From positions 2,662,580-2,726,579 of the forward strand of contig NW_002060951.1 in NCBI RefSeq assembly GCF_000150275.1: DNA of 64,000 nt, given 5' to 3'. Numbering within the stretch: position 1 is the first letter of the stretch; every line of letters starts with the position of its first letter. The stretch comes from Trichoplax adhaerens (Eukaryota; Animalia; Placozoa). The notes under the pieces were generated by a model. That model saw only the letters and a list, made by a program, of their open reading frames with translations. It did not search any database and was not told where the DNA came from. Shown here in pieces: positions 40,986-64,000 of the stretch. The position numbers and the translations under genes are program-made.

Positions 40986-42769
40986 CTAATTTTGTGCTGC
41001 GGTGATCATCATATTCTTAACTGCATCAATGTTGAGTTTTAATATGATTTCTAATCTTGGCGTTTGACTAGTGTCAATTTCAAGCCAATCTACAATTAAT
41101 TGACCCCGAGACAATCTACCAATTAATTCGACTTCGGCGTTCACTTTAGCACTCTTAATAATTAATTCAGGATTAAATGTTAAAGCCATCACGATAGGAT
41201 CACAAATAGCCATACCTGTGAAAAGTTTTGAACGATAAAACTTTAAATTGCTAGAAAATACTGCATGATTAAAACGACCCTTTTCACTGCGATATGTGAG
41301 CCATTGACAAACCCATTGCCAACTAACTGAGTGAAGTAATGCCGTCTCCCATGTTACAAGTCGAGTGATGCAAACAGAAGGAAATTCTTTAATAACAATA
41401 TGAGCAGCCTCTGGATCACTATAAAAATTAAATTCTGCTGATGGTGTTGTGTTACCTTTGCCTATATAGAATGTATCAAGTCTACTTAGTAGATTAATAA
41501 TAAATATTAAATTATAAATGAACTTATCTAGATACAAAGTCATTGACAATTGATAGTCGAATATGATCGTATATAGTTATATTTAGTGCAGGTGATAGGT
41601 ACAGTTCCAGAACAATAGAGATAGAAAGCGACTAATTTCAAAGAAACCAAAATCAGAAAAAGTAACACACAAAATACGACTTTGGTATATATGCATAAAA
41701 ATAAAATTTCATTTTTATATAGAAGTATACACTAGATTTCGCTGCTAAAAATTACTGATGAATTAGATAAATGATATTTCAGCGAACAATATCGAGTGAA
41801 ATATTTTATTATTTACTAATATCTTGATTTATACTGTATTTAGAAAAAATTTGCTTTCTTTATATTCACTACAGCTAATAACATAATCATGAATGATTGT
41901 GTACACTACCGTTAGATGTACACTATTCGATAACTATTGGATAAAAGTCTATTAATTATCTTACTAAATTAGTTATTTGAAAACATCGAAGGCGAGATTG
42001 TGATATAAAAATAGTAATACCACCACGAACTACAGTTAATACGTAGAAATATTACCGTTGTCTATGACTAATTTAAGTATAATGTGAGTAAGAAGCATTC
42101 TTTTAGAGCAAGGATACGCACAAAGAAAAAAATTGACTACGAATTATTAACAGATACCGATCAAGAGGATCTACAGCTATGTCGTTATGAAGATATACTC
42201 GTGTAAAATATTTTATTAACTTGTTATGTACTTTTTTGATACTTAGTAAATTAAATACTGTAACATATTCACATAATAAAAATCTTACCTTCATGATTAC
42301 CGCCCATAATAGTGATACTAGATAGTTTACTTGCGAACGTAGAATCAAGCCGCTGAGCTAAAGCAATGTTAGTCAATGGAGCTATAGATGCGATATCTAT
42401 CCTTCCTTCATAATCGTTTACTAAACGTACTAGTGTACTGATACCGTCTTCGTTTCGTAAAACTTGGTTTAAGAAAGCCTCATCGTCCTCTCGATTTGGT
42501 ATATCACCTAAACCATCTCGTCCATGAAACTCAGTGGAATAGACAGGCTTACCAAGAATAGGCTTAGCTGCACCTTTGTAAACAGGTATGTCGCTTCGAT
42601 TACATAATTTTAAGACGTAAGCGACATTTTTTACTACTTGATCGACGTGAACACTTCCTGTAACGCATGTAATAGCTAGGATGTTGACATTTTGACAAAT
42701 TGCAATCATAATCGCTTGGGAGTCATCAATACCGCAATCGGTATCGATAATGCAATAACGATCGGACAT
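40986..42769 (-). CDS. Nucleoside hydrolase paralog D (IUNH family), ~318 aa
   Basis: Exons 42769-42289 and 41461-40986 (957 nt). DTDCGIDD, FHGRDGLGD, APLTNIA, MGGNHEG^KGN, AEFNFYSDPEAA, AICDP. Confidence 0.93.
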
Positions 42770-43440
42770 TTTGCTTGAATTTTCAAACGTTAAACCATAC
42801 AAGGATCGCAGATAAATACTACTAACTACCGATTAGAAATTCATTACATCGTACTCCACTAAGTTCCTAGCAAATACGGTATACAGCTAATTACATTAAA
42901 CTGGTGATCATAGGATCAAGTATATAAAAAGTTGTCTACAAAGAGATTCGTAGAGCTATAGTCATGCACTGTTATCTATAGTAATTTTATTTTATACTGT
43001 ATATATATATATATACGATGTAAACCGATGCGAACAGTCTCAATCCCAAGTAGCTGAATACACAATGTCTTCGCTATTATACTTATAACAATACACAAAT
43101 ACAATACGCAATCTCAAAATTATGCAAGCTTTTATAAATTTTTATTGTTTTAGTCGCTATGACTAACTGTATACAACGTTATCATATAAGATAGTTTAGT
43201 TTAATAAACTGCCTTGATGAAATTGCATAATAATCGTTGAAAATCAGAAAAGTGACTGAAGGGATCGGTATCTGTCAACAGTAAACTACGGAAAGTTCAC
43301 TTAATTAGGGAAGATTTATATGGTTTACTATTATATCACCATCGATGCGGAAAAAGTCAGTGAAACCGTACATAACTACAAATGACCATAATTAAGGTAG
43401 TAACTCCACAGATTCACAATTAAGGCAAAAATTCAAAAAA

Positions 43441-53159
<9,719 letters not shown>

Positions 53160-53569
53160 TATAAATTACCTAAATTCATCCCAGTTATAAAATAAAACAG
53201 ATTACATCATTATAATATCAGTACCAGTAGGTTTAAGTTAAAGAAGATTTTGGGGTCGTTTTTAATTTCAGCCGCCATTAATAACGATACAAAAATATTA
53301 ACGAAAGTCTTGGATCACAGCATGCTAACCACGAGAACCGAGGGCATTTTTCTTACTGAATTATAAAAATGGAGGAATTTTAAATATTACCTTCGGGCCA
53401 CAACCTTGACTCCCAACAAAAATTAGTTTTGAAGAGTACTCAAAAATCTCCCAAATGGCAAAGACTGTGCTACTTTTTACTATTCCTTCTTTTTCGCAGC
53501 TCGTGGGATTGCAGCTTGAACAGAAATGAAAAACAGTGTCAAGTGTGTAACAGATAAAACTGAAAAACT

Positions 53570-54390
53570 GTACACGGTATAGTACAGCACAGTACACTAT
53601 TGCTGTACACTGTATAGTACAGTTGTACGACTACTCGATTGCACTGGTTTTCGTAACATAATTATGGTTCACAGAAAAAAGTTGTCACGCTTTCGTCCGT
53701 CATTCGGCGTGCTCAGTAGCTGTTCAATGGAGGCCACAATGCGGTACGAGCGGGGACTAGTATACTGTAGTGTAACCTTAAAAGTTTACTACTGTAACAG
53801 TACAGCAGTTATAACGGTACATGTGCGCCTCTGCTTACAGTAGTGCATGGCAGTGTACAGTGTACAGTACGTTTATCCAAACCTAACGTACTGTACTGTA
53901 CAGTAATCACTTTTGTAGTTGTACAGTACTGTACTGTACGTAAAATTTGGAAGGCCTAAGATACCGTACAGTACAGTACTACAGTATACTGTTATTGTAC
54001 TGTACACTGTACATTGTACTGCGGCCCCAGAAGGCTCAGAGTCAGGTCTAGGCCGCCTCAGACAATGGTGCACTCAAGTGGAGTCATAGAGGTTAAGAAA
54101 ACCTCTATGACCTCTATGGGCGCAGTGTATAATTTGGTACCGTACTCTACAGTACACCAGTGTACATATAATACGTACTGTACTATACCAGTGAAATGGA
54201 TCTTGACAAATTTAACAGCCCGACACGATATACTGTACTGTACACTGTGTACAGTACGAACAATGTACACTGTACAGTACTGTACAGTATGTCAATAGTA
54301 AAGAGACATGTTTTGCGCGCGAATTTAATAAAAAAACAGTGAAAATGGTACAAAGCATACTGCACAGTCTTTCCTTTAATGTACAGTACT
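53570..54390. promoter_or_regulatory. Bidirectional PRPF8/RFC2 promoter region with a GTAC-based repeat field
   Basis: Head-to-head genes with ATGs at 53159 (-) and 54479 (+). The interval is full of TACAGTAC/GTACTGTA/TGTACA units with two GC-rich hairpin islands. Confidence 0.55.
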
Positions 54391-54478
54391 GAATGAGCTT
54401 CTATATTTTTAAGAAGTTTTAATTCAAAAATTTCGAAAACTTTGTAGCTAACATTAAACACTAAATAACGAATTGAAA

Positions 54479-57400
54479 ATGGATGACCAAAGAGAATCAA
54501 CTAAAAAATGTTCCAATATTCCTTGGTAGTAATACATGCTAAGTCTATTCAGTAGCCTGCAGTTAATTTTCTGCTACAGTTTTATCTCTATTCTGTAGTA
54601 AAATTGTACATCTATCAAATCTAGGATTGAAAAATATCGTCCAAAACAATTGGATGAGGTCGTTGGTAACGAAGATACTATTAGCCGACTGGAGGTGCGA
54701 ATAAATTGCTAGCGTAAATTTAGTCTAAAATGGCTACGTAGAAAAGTTAGTACGATACGTAAATAAAAACTTCCTATTTTTAACTTGCAGGTATTTGCAA
54801 AGGAAGGTAATTTGCCTAATATTGTAATTGCGGTAAGTCTTGTATAATGCTACACAATCATGGCATGTTTGAATGCGTTGTCTTCCACAGTAAAAGACTT
54901 TCTTCTGTTTGCTGTAAGGCGTAAATCTGTCTAAGGACACTACAGTAGAAGATAAGCTTGAATTAAGCTTGAGAATGTCCCACATGTACTGTACGTGTAT
55001 GCATTCAGAGTTGGACACTAATTAATAAAAGTACTTATTATTGAAAAAGTATTTCTCTACGTTCATGATTGCACTTCCATTTCAGTAAGGATCACTAACA
55101 CCTTTGCCTGAGTAAGCTATATACGTTTATAAGGATTGTCGAAGCTTGGAGTGAGACTGAATTTCGACAAAACTTACTGGTACATATACGTACAGCGCAA
55201 TACACGCTGGATAGCACATCAAAATTTCATTCGTTGCTCATGTACACTGTAAAGTACGTGGAGCATTGCAATGCCCACGGCCTAATATATATGTACAGTA
55301 CTGTAATTTCGATATTATTTCCTAACTTACCGTACTGACTAAAATTCCTTATTACATAATGACTAACATTGGTGTACTTACAAATTTTTTTCAGACTGTT
55401 TGATGCTCAAATAGCTGAACTCTGCTAAGTATTTGGTGTTGTTTTTATTTAGGGACCTCCTGGAACTGGTAAAACAACAAGTATATTATGCATAGCTAGA
55501 CAGCTTCTTGGAACTTCAATGAAAGATGCAGTCTTAGAGCTAAATGCTTCAAATGACAGGTAAAATTAGCCCCTCATTATGCTTAATTGGTTCACATTAC
55601 GCAGCAATAGAGTCGGTGAAGCGAATGCTATTGATCATACTATTTAATCCTAGTACTTTATGCAATTGCTTACGAACTAGTATTAATCAGCAGACTCAGC
55701 ACTATTATATACTGCTTATATATGTATATTATGAATAGATTTAAGAAATAATTATTTCATGATAATAATAGTCGATACATTCATAATTCACTTTATAAGG
55801 GGCAATATTATTTTTAAATACTTGACATTACCAGTGCACCTAAAAGAGAATTATACCTTAATTGTGATGAACAAGAATACATCCGACTACGCAGATCTTA
55901 CATTTTATAGATAACCATTTACGAAAGTATACCATAATTTAACTTTCTTACTATATGTACTGTAGAGGTATCGACGTGGTGCGTAACAAAATTAAGATGT
56001 TTGCGCAAAAGAAGGTTACATTACCTCTTGGCAAACATAAAATTATTATATTAGATGAAGCAGACAGGTATCAGATTTTTCACTCTTTGCTCCATTCCAA
56101 TTATTCATTGCGTTAAAAAAAATGCGGCTTCGAAGACTGCATCATTTAATATCAGATTAATATGTATTTTGATAATCTCCAACATTAACTATTAATTTAC
56201 TATTCTTAAGCATGACTGATGGAGCACAGCAGGCATTACGTCGGACAATGGAGATCTATTCGAAGACCACGCGATTTGCTCTAGCTTGTAATACATCTGA
56301 AAAAATTATAGGTATTAACCTACGATTCCAGTTTGCTACCTCATCATATTGACCCTATTAGCTTAATTTAAAAAGATTGAGCAGTTTCTAAATCTCTGGT
56401 ATAGAGCCTATTCAATCGCGATGTGCCGTTTTAAGGTTCACGAGATTAAACGACTCACAAATCTTGGCTAGATTAATGGAAGTTTGTCGGCAAGAAAGCG
56501 TAAGGCATTAATCCAATCACTAGACTTTTAACTTCCTCTAAGTTTTATTAAAAAGCCCTTTTTATTTGACCGGCTTTGTTCTAGGTTATTGCTACTAACG
56601 ATGGCTTAGAAGCAGTGATATTTACTGCTCAGGGAGACATGAGACAGGTTGGTATGTTAATTCCAGTAACACTCATCATTTAGTGATGTTATCAGTGCAA
56701 TCACTTCATACTACGTCAATACTTTCGATAATGAACATGCTGTAGGCATTAAACAATCTACAGTCAACATACGCTGGATTTGGACACGTAAATAGTGAGA
56801 ATGTTTTCAAAGTAAGTTTATTGACGAATAGGAATACTGTTTCTTGTAAATGTGTTGGAAAATCTACAGTTTGTCTAAACATGCTATGATAATAATATAA
56901 ATCGAACAATTACGCTCGAAACATTGTTAAAATATATTACGATTACACGTCATTTTCTATCCATTGCGCGGTATTATGATTTTCTTTTATCATTTTGTTG
57001 ATATTTTCTCTTAAGTGGAGATTTCCATAGTTAAGTAGATCTATTTAACAATCATTAAATATAAATATTAGTGATTCCATCTATTTAATGCAGCACTTTC
57101 TTTTGAATATCATAACTGTACAAAATTTATATGGCGAAGGTATGTGATGAACCACATCCTTTACTTATAAAACAAATGATACAAGCTTCGATTGAATGCA
57201 ACATTGACGAAGCTTATAAAGTCCTATCTCACTTGTGGCAGCTTGGGTATTCTCCAATTGATATTATCACTAATATCTTTCGTGTGTGTAAAAATTACGA
57301 TATGCCTGAATACTTAAAGCTGGAATTCATAAAGGTTGCATAATACACATAACTATCATATCATTGGTTATAGTAAACTTATTGCTAACCGATATTGTCA

Positions 57401-57517
57401 CATACATAGGAAATAGGATTTACTCATATGAGAATTGTGGAAGGAATAGACTCTTTACTACAATTGTCCGGATTATTATCAAGAATGTGTATAAAAAGCC
57501 TTAAGAACACTGGCTAA
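54479..57517 (+). CDS. RFC2: Replication factor C subunit 2 (40 kDa), 11 exons
   Basis: MDDQ...NIPW^[23 protein letters not shown], Walker [38 protein letters not shown], Walker [62 protein letters not shown] introns. Confidence 0.96.
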
Positions 57518-59016
57518 GCCAGAATATTCAAGACGTATGTTAAGACAGCATATAATTAATGTTAATGCAGATGGCAAGGTGCTAATATTTTCGAGCTTAC
57601 GTATATGCCTTGTTCAGATGTTAATGGATATTGTTACATGAAGATTTGAGTTTCTTATTGCAGCGAACTTTGTGCAATCTGAATATCGTTGGGGCGCGGA
57701 CGCAATTTGTAATGTTTTATATGGAAATGTCTAATAAATCACTTAGTGTTTTCAGTTGTGTATGTTTGTTTTTCGTATCGTCACTACCGGTAATATGTGA
57801 CAAAGTAAGCCTTGACCTTGCAACTATTTCGTACTTAATTAAGCGATTATCAGTTCCCTGAGCTACGTTTACTTACCATCAGAATCTTGCACACGTAATG
57901 TTCTTATAATGAGAACTTTAACTACATCTGCAATGGTAATTAGTAACTAGTAGTGCTTAAATGTAACAGTCATTTAAATAGATGGAATCAGTAGTAAGAT
58001 GTAACGAGTACTGAAATTTAGCTGGAAATCAACGCTAAAGATAACGGTAGTGGTAGTGGACACCTGTTTGAGGCCCCTGGATCTGGTCCCAGAGATAAAA
58101 ATCGAATTCTTATTCCTATAATCCGATCCTAGTCTGTAAAACAGCATTTTTCAAATTCGATCAGCAGTGGTGTTTCGATCTAGAAAATAGGTCTGCACGA
58201 TGTGCGATCGCGCAAACAAAATGCAGTATGCTTGCGTTCCTACACGTAAACGATTAAAAGTACAACCACGATGTCAGTTTGAAATCACTACGGAGTTTGA
58301 CCGCAATTTCCACCGGCATTATGACCGTGACGTCAGTGTGACTAAAATTTGTAGCAAATAATTGTATAGAAGGAACAGTACTGCTGTACTTTCATGAGTA
58401 ACACAGAAACGTAGCTTAGGATACAATGTAAACTAATATAATTAAAGCTTGAGTAAAAAGTTCGTGCAAGAACCCTGGCGTATAGCATAGAATACGCTAA
58501 TGAGGCTTACTATGTCTCCAAAACTTTTTCAATTAACAGACCGACAAAACGCTAATATATGCAAATAGTTAATCGTTAATCAATAATTTTAATGCAAGGT
58601 CAGATTCGCTGTTTAACAATGTGCCAGTTAAAAATCCTTTTAACATTTTAGTAAATATAACAGTAATGCTGCGGTACAAAACCGTAACCACTACACCGTA
58701 GGTATGTTATATCAATGCACAAGAATAATTATAGCTTGATAAAAGGCCGTAAAATAATTTCCAGCAAATAGATATGAAATTTATCTCCATATTATAATAA
58801 GCTTGAGTATTAGTGCCCTCAATAAAGTCAGTCAAAATATATTTCATCCCACCGGTTGGTTAAATTATTGAACACTGGAGCTTTCTCAAATCGCGAAAGA
58901 ATCAGGAAACACTAACCATGAAATGGTAGCGTAGTAAAGCAAGAGTAAAAATATTCTTGATTAACGCAATTGGGGTCTCTACACATAGCAACGTTAAATA
59001 GTATCCCATAGCTTGT

Positions 59017-62000
59017 TCATTTATCGCTATCACTGTGATAATAAAACAGCAAAATTAAAACTTAATCAGAAGGTCCATCATACTATGCATTCGAATTTAT
59101 AAACACTACCTGGTCTCAGGAGTTGCTAATGGAGCTGAAGTCGAAAGATTTTGTAGACCATTGATCATATTTATGAATTGAGCAATTTGATTATTGTCAT
59201 GACCAATTTCAGTCGGCTTAACAAACATGTAAAACAAACAATATATTACTGTTCGGATCTATTAAAGCAGTTAATGCCTTAGTTACATTACGCAAACTAA
59301 AATGCAAACTCACTATATCAGCGACTTGATTCTGGTTTATGCCAGCAGTTAATTCCTTAATCTACATGATATCGAGCATATGCATCAATTTTCACGAGAA
59401 TATATTGCAGTATAACATCGGTAATGTAGTGCAATGAAGATCGCAATACAAAGCTACCTTTTTCTGCATTACAACTGCCTGTCCAGTCAGGCGATTTAGA
59501 AACTCAGAACTCTCCTTAGTACGGTCATCCTTTTCTCCAAACTAACAAAAGTTATCGTACCGTCAGATAGTATCATTATTATATGAATATTGCAAAACAT
59601 TCAATCAGTTATACGTTTTAATATCACATTATTGGTAACACTATATTACGTTACTTATTGTAAAGATATCTTTGAATAACGTACAACAGATGCCAAATAT
59701 ACCAGTGTACGAATATATCTTAAGTTTTTAAGGAACAATATATCACACCTTGCCGTTATAAATATTGAATACTTGTTTTTCGTGATGCATCGCTGAACGA
59801 AAGTCACAGGCAGTAGATTTAACGATAGCTAAAAGATGATGGCTAAATTCAAGTACGATTATAAGGCACAAGAGTTTAAAAGCTTAGATAGTTAAAGAAA
59901 TTACAGTACAACACTTTTATGTAGCATGTACCTAATTGCGGCATTGATACTATCATCTCCATAATATCTAGGATTTAGCGAAAGCACGATATTAAACAAA
60001 ATTGATACACTTTCGAATTATCTTAATCGAATTTTTCAGTTGTCGTATCAATACTAAAAGTTACATTACCGTTGTTGGATTTCCAAAGCGTTTATTAAAA
60101 ATTGGATAGCGTTTTGACTATTTTCAGTAGCAAATAATATCAGTCCAATGTTACTCTAAATCAAATTAAGACAACCAGTTACTGGCAACAAATTCATAAG
60201 AGTACATTTAATTATTACAGCAAATGCTCAAACTTACATCGATTGTAGCCATATCTGGATGATCTTCGCCAAAAACCAAACATGTTAGGTAACGTGCACG
60301 ATACATCAAACGCAGTGCAACACGTTTTTGGCCAGCAGCATGGCAATATAACGACAAATGCACCTAAAATAAAGGGCCAATGTAATTAATTATTTAAGGA
60401 TTGATAAATCTATATGCGTATTTATGCTTAAATATAAGGATAATAAAGGTACGTACGTAAGCAATGATAGTTTCTTGACTGTCAACACCAAATAATCTTT
60501 CACTCACTATAGTTGCTTTCTTTTGAAAACAGACAGCCTGCGAATAAAATAATCTAGTAAATTTTTCTAGAACTTCGTAACAATTTTAATCTCAATGTTA
60601 GAATTTTATCCTAACCACCGAAGACAGTCAGGTTATATCGATCTAATAAAAATAATCTCACCTGAACAGGATCATCACAACTGTGATGAATTCGAGCAAT
60701 AGATCTACATAATAACAAGTAAAGACTTGATTTCATCAATATTGCTCTAAAATTAATATAATGTCCTAAACTTTACAGTAACATCCAACGAGTACTCAGT
60801 ATAGCGTATATGTTAGGAATCATTACAAACTTCATAACTATTTTTATTTCATCACAGACCGCTGGATATAAGATTATGAGTACACAATTTTTTATGTCTG
60901 TTACCTTTGTTCCTTAAGTTCAATAACACGACCAAAATTGCGACAAAGCTATATTTAATTTTAGAATTTAGAAATAACCTGAAACATGCAAAAACATCAG
61001 GATGTAGCGGCCCATAAACTTGCTGAAAAATTGCTAGCGCCTCAATGAGTACATCTAGAGCTTCCTGAATTAGGCCTGTGATATACGAATATATCATAAA
61101 AAAATAAAGATATAAATAAAATTTGCAGTGCTAATACCTGTTAAGGCATACGCCTACAATAGGACGTTTACAATGTAAGTAACAAGCAAATTTAGCCAAT
61201 TCTTGAGCAAGGTTCCTTACCAGCTTGTAGTCTTTGCTGAGCAATTTCGAAAGCAGTCTCCGTATAATTTAACGCCTTGAAAATTTAAACATTCTATGTT
61301 TACTTCTAAGCAGAATGTCTATTTTGAAAGGCAATCTCCGGTACTAACCTTCGGATTTAAGTGCTTTACACGGGGAATAATATTCACTATGTCATCGTCA
61401 TTAAAGGTTAAGACCTTTTTATTATCAAATATATATTCTCGAAGGACTACCTGAACGCCTAAAATAAAGCATAAATCGATCTTGTAGTAAACAATCTATT
61501 CTGGTGATGACTCAAACCCATATCTATCACAGCGGTTCCTTTCCGTACCTGTTTGCATACAAAAAGCGCGCAAAACAGATATTCTCTGCAACTTTGCTAG
61601 GTATTGGCCAGGAATATTATCACTTTGAATTCTTTAAAATTAGAATAAGAGTTCATTAACTTTCCTTTAGCTACAAAGCAAACGTTAATTGATAATGCTG
61701 AAGCACAGGTACACATACTGTGGTATTTCATATCCAAAATAAGTGGAAATTTCGGAGGATATTTGCTTCCATAAATCTTCAGGTGATAAAGAAATCCATC
61801 CTACTAAGTATGCCATCAAAATTTACGCCCTTATTAAATCATTCTATTCGAATTATTAAATTACTCGTATCATATACGCCTAGGTTTTTATAAAATGATT
61901 TGAAAATACTTCGAAGTAACTCATCGACTAACGCAAATCAGATTTATCTTGTGCTAAGTTGTGGGGTTTTGTATGCTTCTTTCTATTCTTCTTTTTCTTT

Positions 62001-64000
62001 GATGGTCGTAACTAATACAGAAGAAGCAGACTTAATTGACATCTCCGTATAGGTTAGATATAGGTTATAAATAAATTGAAATACTTGTATACGATGTAAT
62101 GTACATACATCATTTGGTATATTCGGTAATGGATTATTAACAGAGCCCTAGTAACCAGGAAAGTGATAAACACGAAGTATGTAAAAGAAATATACTCAAA
62201 ACGATTTAAAAATAAATGGGTATCAAGCATGAAAATTCAATTACCAGGAAGCAGTTTAAAAAATGAGAGATGGCGCAAGATAAAACACGGAAGCTGGCTA
62301 GAATTGGTAGTAGTGAAGAGTAATTTATTGGTTTATAAATTTAACTGCAATTTTGACTACGGCATATTACATATAGTCTATCAAAATCAATAAGTTTAGC
62401 AGCAACATCGTACTACGTCTTATCAGCTCTTTAAAGGTTCTCTTTGCAATCCTAGTAATCATTTCCGTCAAGCACAGTTTCTAGTTTTAAAAAAATTTTA
62501 ATATAAACCTTAATTTCTGAAATGTTATATTTTGTCGAAAAAGATTTAAGCATCTAACTGCAAACAAATCAGACAAATTAATAGATAAAACTATCGCCAC
62601 ATCGGACTTACATAAACATAAGACAGTTCCGGCGTATTAGCAATTAAAGATGCTATATAGCCAATGTAGCGAATATTGATACCCCTATAAAGATATTTAG
62701 TAACATCAAATTACCCCGAAAAATGGATAATGTATCATCTTTAAGTTAAATAGCCAAATAAGGCACCTTTGATGCAATACATCCTTAAACGAATTTCCAT
62801 CGACCGGACTAGTCAGACTTTTCAGTTCTTCAATCTTCAAAAGTTAGAGTCCATGTTTAATGTATGATTTACCGTATAGGCGAATTTAAGCACTTAAATA
62901 TAACAGCTTGTACCGTTTTAGGGATAATACTTTCAACTAAGAATTTGGCTGCATCATGAGCGAGTGATTTATCCTTTCCCAAAGCTTCACTCTAGATGTG
63001 AAAAATTAAGACTTTACTATGGAGTTACAGCGATATCACCTTTAGAGCAATAGTACCTCAGATTCCGAAAACTTTATGTTGGGTGTAAATAGGTCGGGAT
63101 TAAACCTAATATCAAGTTCTATAATCCATACAAGAGTTACTTTTTAATTAAATAAACTTAAAACGCGGCATGCGAGTTTCAATTTACCAGTACTAGAGTA
63201 TGAACCCACAGCAGCGGCAGCTTTTTTCTTTGCTTCTATTACTTTTTCATCTGAGAAAATATTAGAATAAACTGTAATTAATCATTCAAAAAGATTTGGT
63301 TTGAGTAAAGCAATGTAAGCTTAAAATACTATACGGTACTTTGATTTTGTCCCTCGTTAGGTCCGTTACTATCACTTAATTCATTTTTGCCACCTTCTTT
63401 AATTTCTTCTGTAGATGGTAACGATTCCACCGGAAGTTCACTTAAAGCTTCATTTCCATGTTGATCAACTCCGTCCTTAAAATGTATCAAACCTAGTTAT
63501 TCTGAGCTGCAAATATATAAAAGTATGCTTCTGAAGACACCTTATCTTTAAATTGCTTTTGCTGATCAGCGTAAGAGTATATGGCGACAAGTCTCCAGTA
63601 CAGCATGTATCGACCTCTGAAAAGAATAAATGTGTTTCCATAAACTCACTCTTCCATTTTAGTAGATGATCTATAAAATTACGTACGCAATAAAAGCTTC
63701 CACGAGCTCACGACGTAAACGAGACAAGCAGTGCCCATGGTTCAAAGGAAAATATTTACGGGGTTTATCATCATGATTACTCTCATTTGCTATAAATATA
63801 CCCATAAAAGAAGCTTATTATTAATTATAATGTACATTATATCTAAGCAATACTTTATTGATAGCTAGACCTTTTACCATCTTTAAAGAAATCTCTACGT
63901 ACCCTCAATGAAGTTTACATCTATTGGTAATGTTTTAATTAAATCAACAATATATCGTCTTCGATCGTATCCAAGGATGCCCTACGCAGTTAATAAATTT
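59017..64000 (-). CDS. CLUH: Clustered mitochondria protein homolog (Clueless/Clu1), 3' part; 5' end lies beyond the window
   Basis: Many short exons: FPLNHGHCLSRLRRELVEAF, GINIRYIG, GVQVVLREY...IIPRVKHLNPK, FQQVYGPLHPD, LRLMYRARYL...FGEDHPDMATID (TPR region). The probable stop is in a terminal micro-exon at 59017-59032. Confidence 0.92.

Noticed and set aside
23122-42769. Bacterial contamination or recent horizontal transfer as the source of the NH genes
   Set aside because: All four carry a shared spliceosomal intron, have host-like composition and are interleaved with LIS1 and PRPF8; NHs are known from many invertebrates.
53170-53280. Upstream ATG (MAAEIKND...) as PRPF8 start or uORF
   Set aside because: Splicing to the next acceptor is out of frame. 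A donor at ~53391 (AAG|GTAATA, minus strand) suggests this stretch is in a 5'-UTR intron. It may just be a YY1-like CCGCCATT motif.
53392-53520. Minus-strand AATTTTTG Sm-like site suggesting an snRNA
   Set aside because: No U1/U2/U4/U5/U11/U12 motifs; more simply read as the non-coding first exon of PRPF8.

Overview
AT-rich, intron-dense animal genomic DNA; the short introns, base composition and gene content suggest a placozoan such as Trichoplax (inference, not shown by the sequence). Spliced genes in order: a decayed MFS-transporter-like remnant (~0.4-2.8 kb, weak), Musashi (+, 14 exons), three nucleoside hydrolase (IUNH-family) paralogs, LIS1/PAFAH1B1 (-), a fourth nucleoside hydrolase, PRPF8 (-, with one 4.9-kb exon), RFC2 (+, head-to-head with PRPF8) and the 3' part of CLUH (-). 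Mobile DNA: two copies of a 358-bp LTR (one solo with a TSD, one carrying a tRNA-Leu primer-binding-site stub and nested in an older LTR-like element), two Helitron 3' ends and a MITE-like hairpin. Main observations: (1) the four nucleoside hydrolases share one intron but differ in apparent targeting (mitochondrial, soluble, myristoyl/palmitoyl-anchored) and in specificity residue, and one looks like a pseudo-enzyme; (2) GTAC-based (TACAGTAC/GTACTGTA) repeat fields enclosing GC-rich hairpins mark gene 5' ends; (3) LIS1, PRPF8 and CLUH are linked as at human 17p13.3. Exon boundaries were worked out by hand from GT-AG sites and reading frame; no database search was run.
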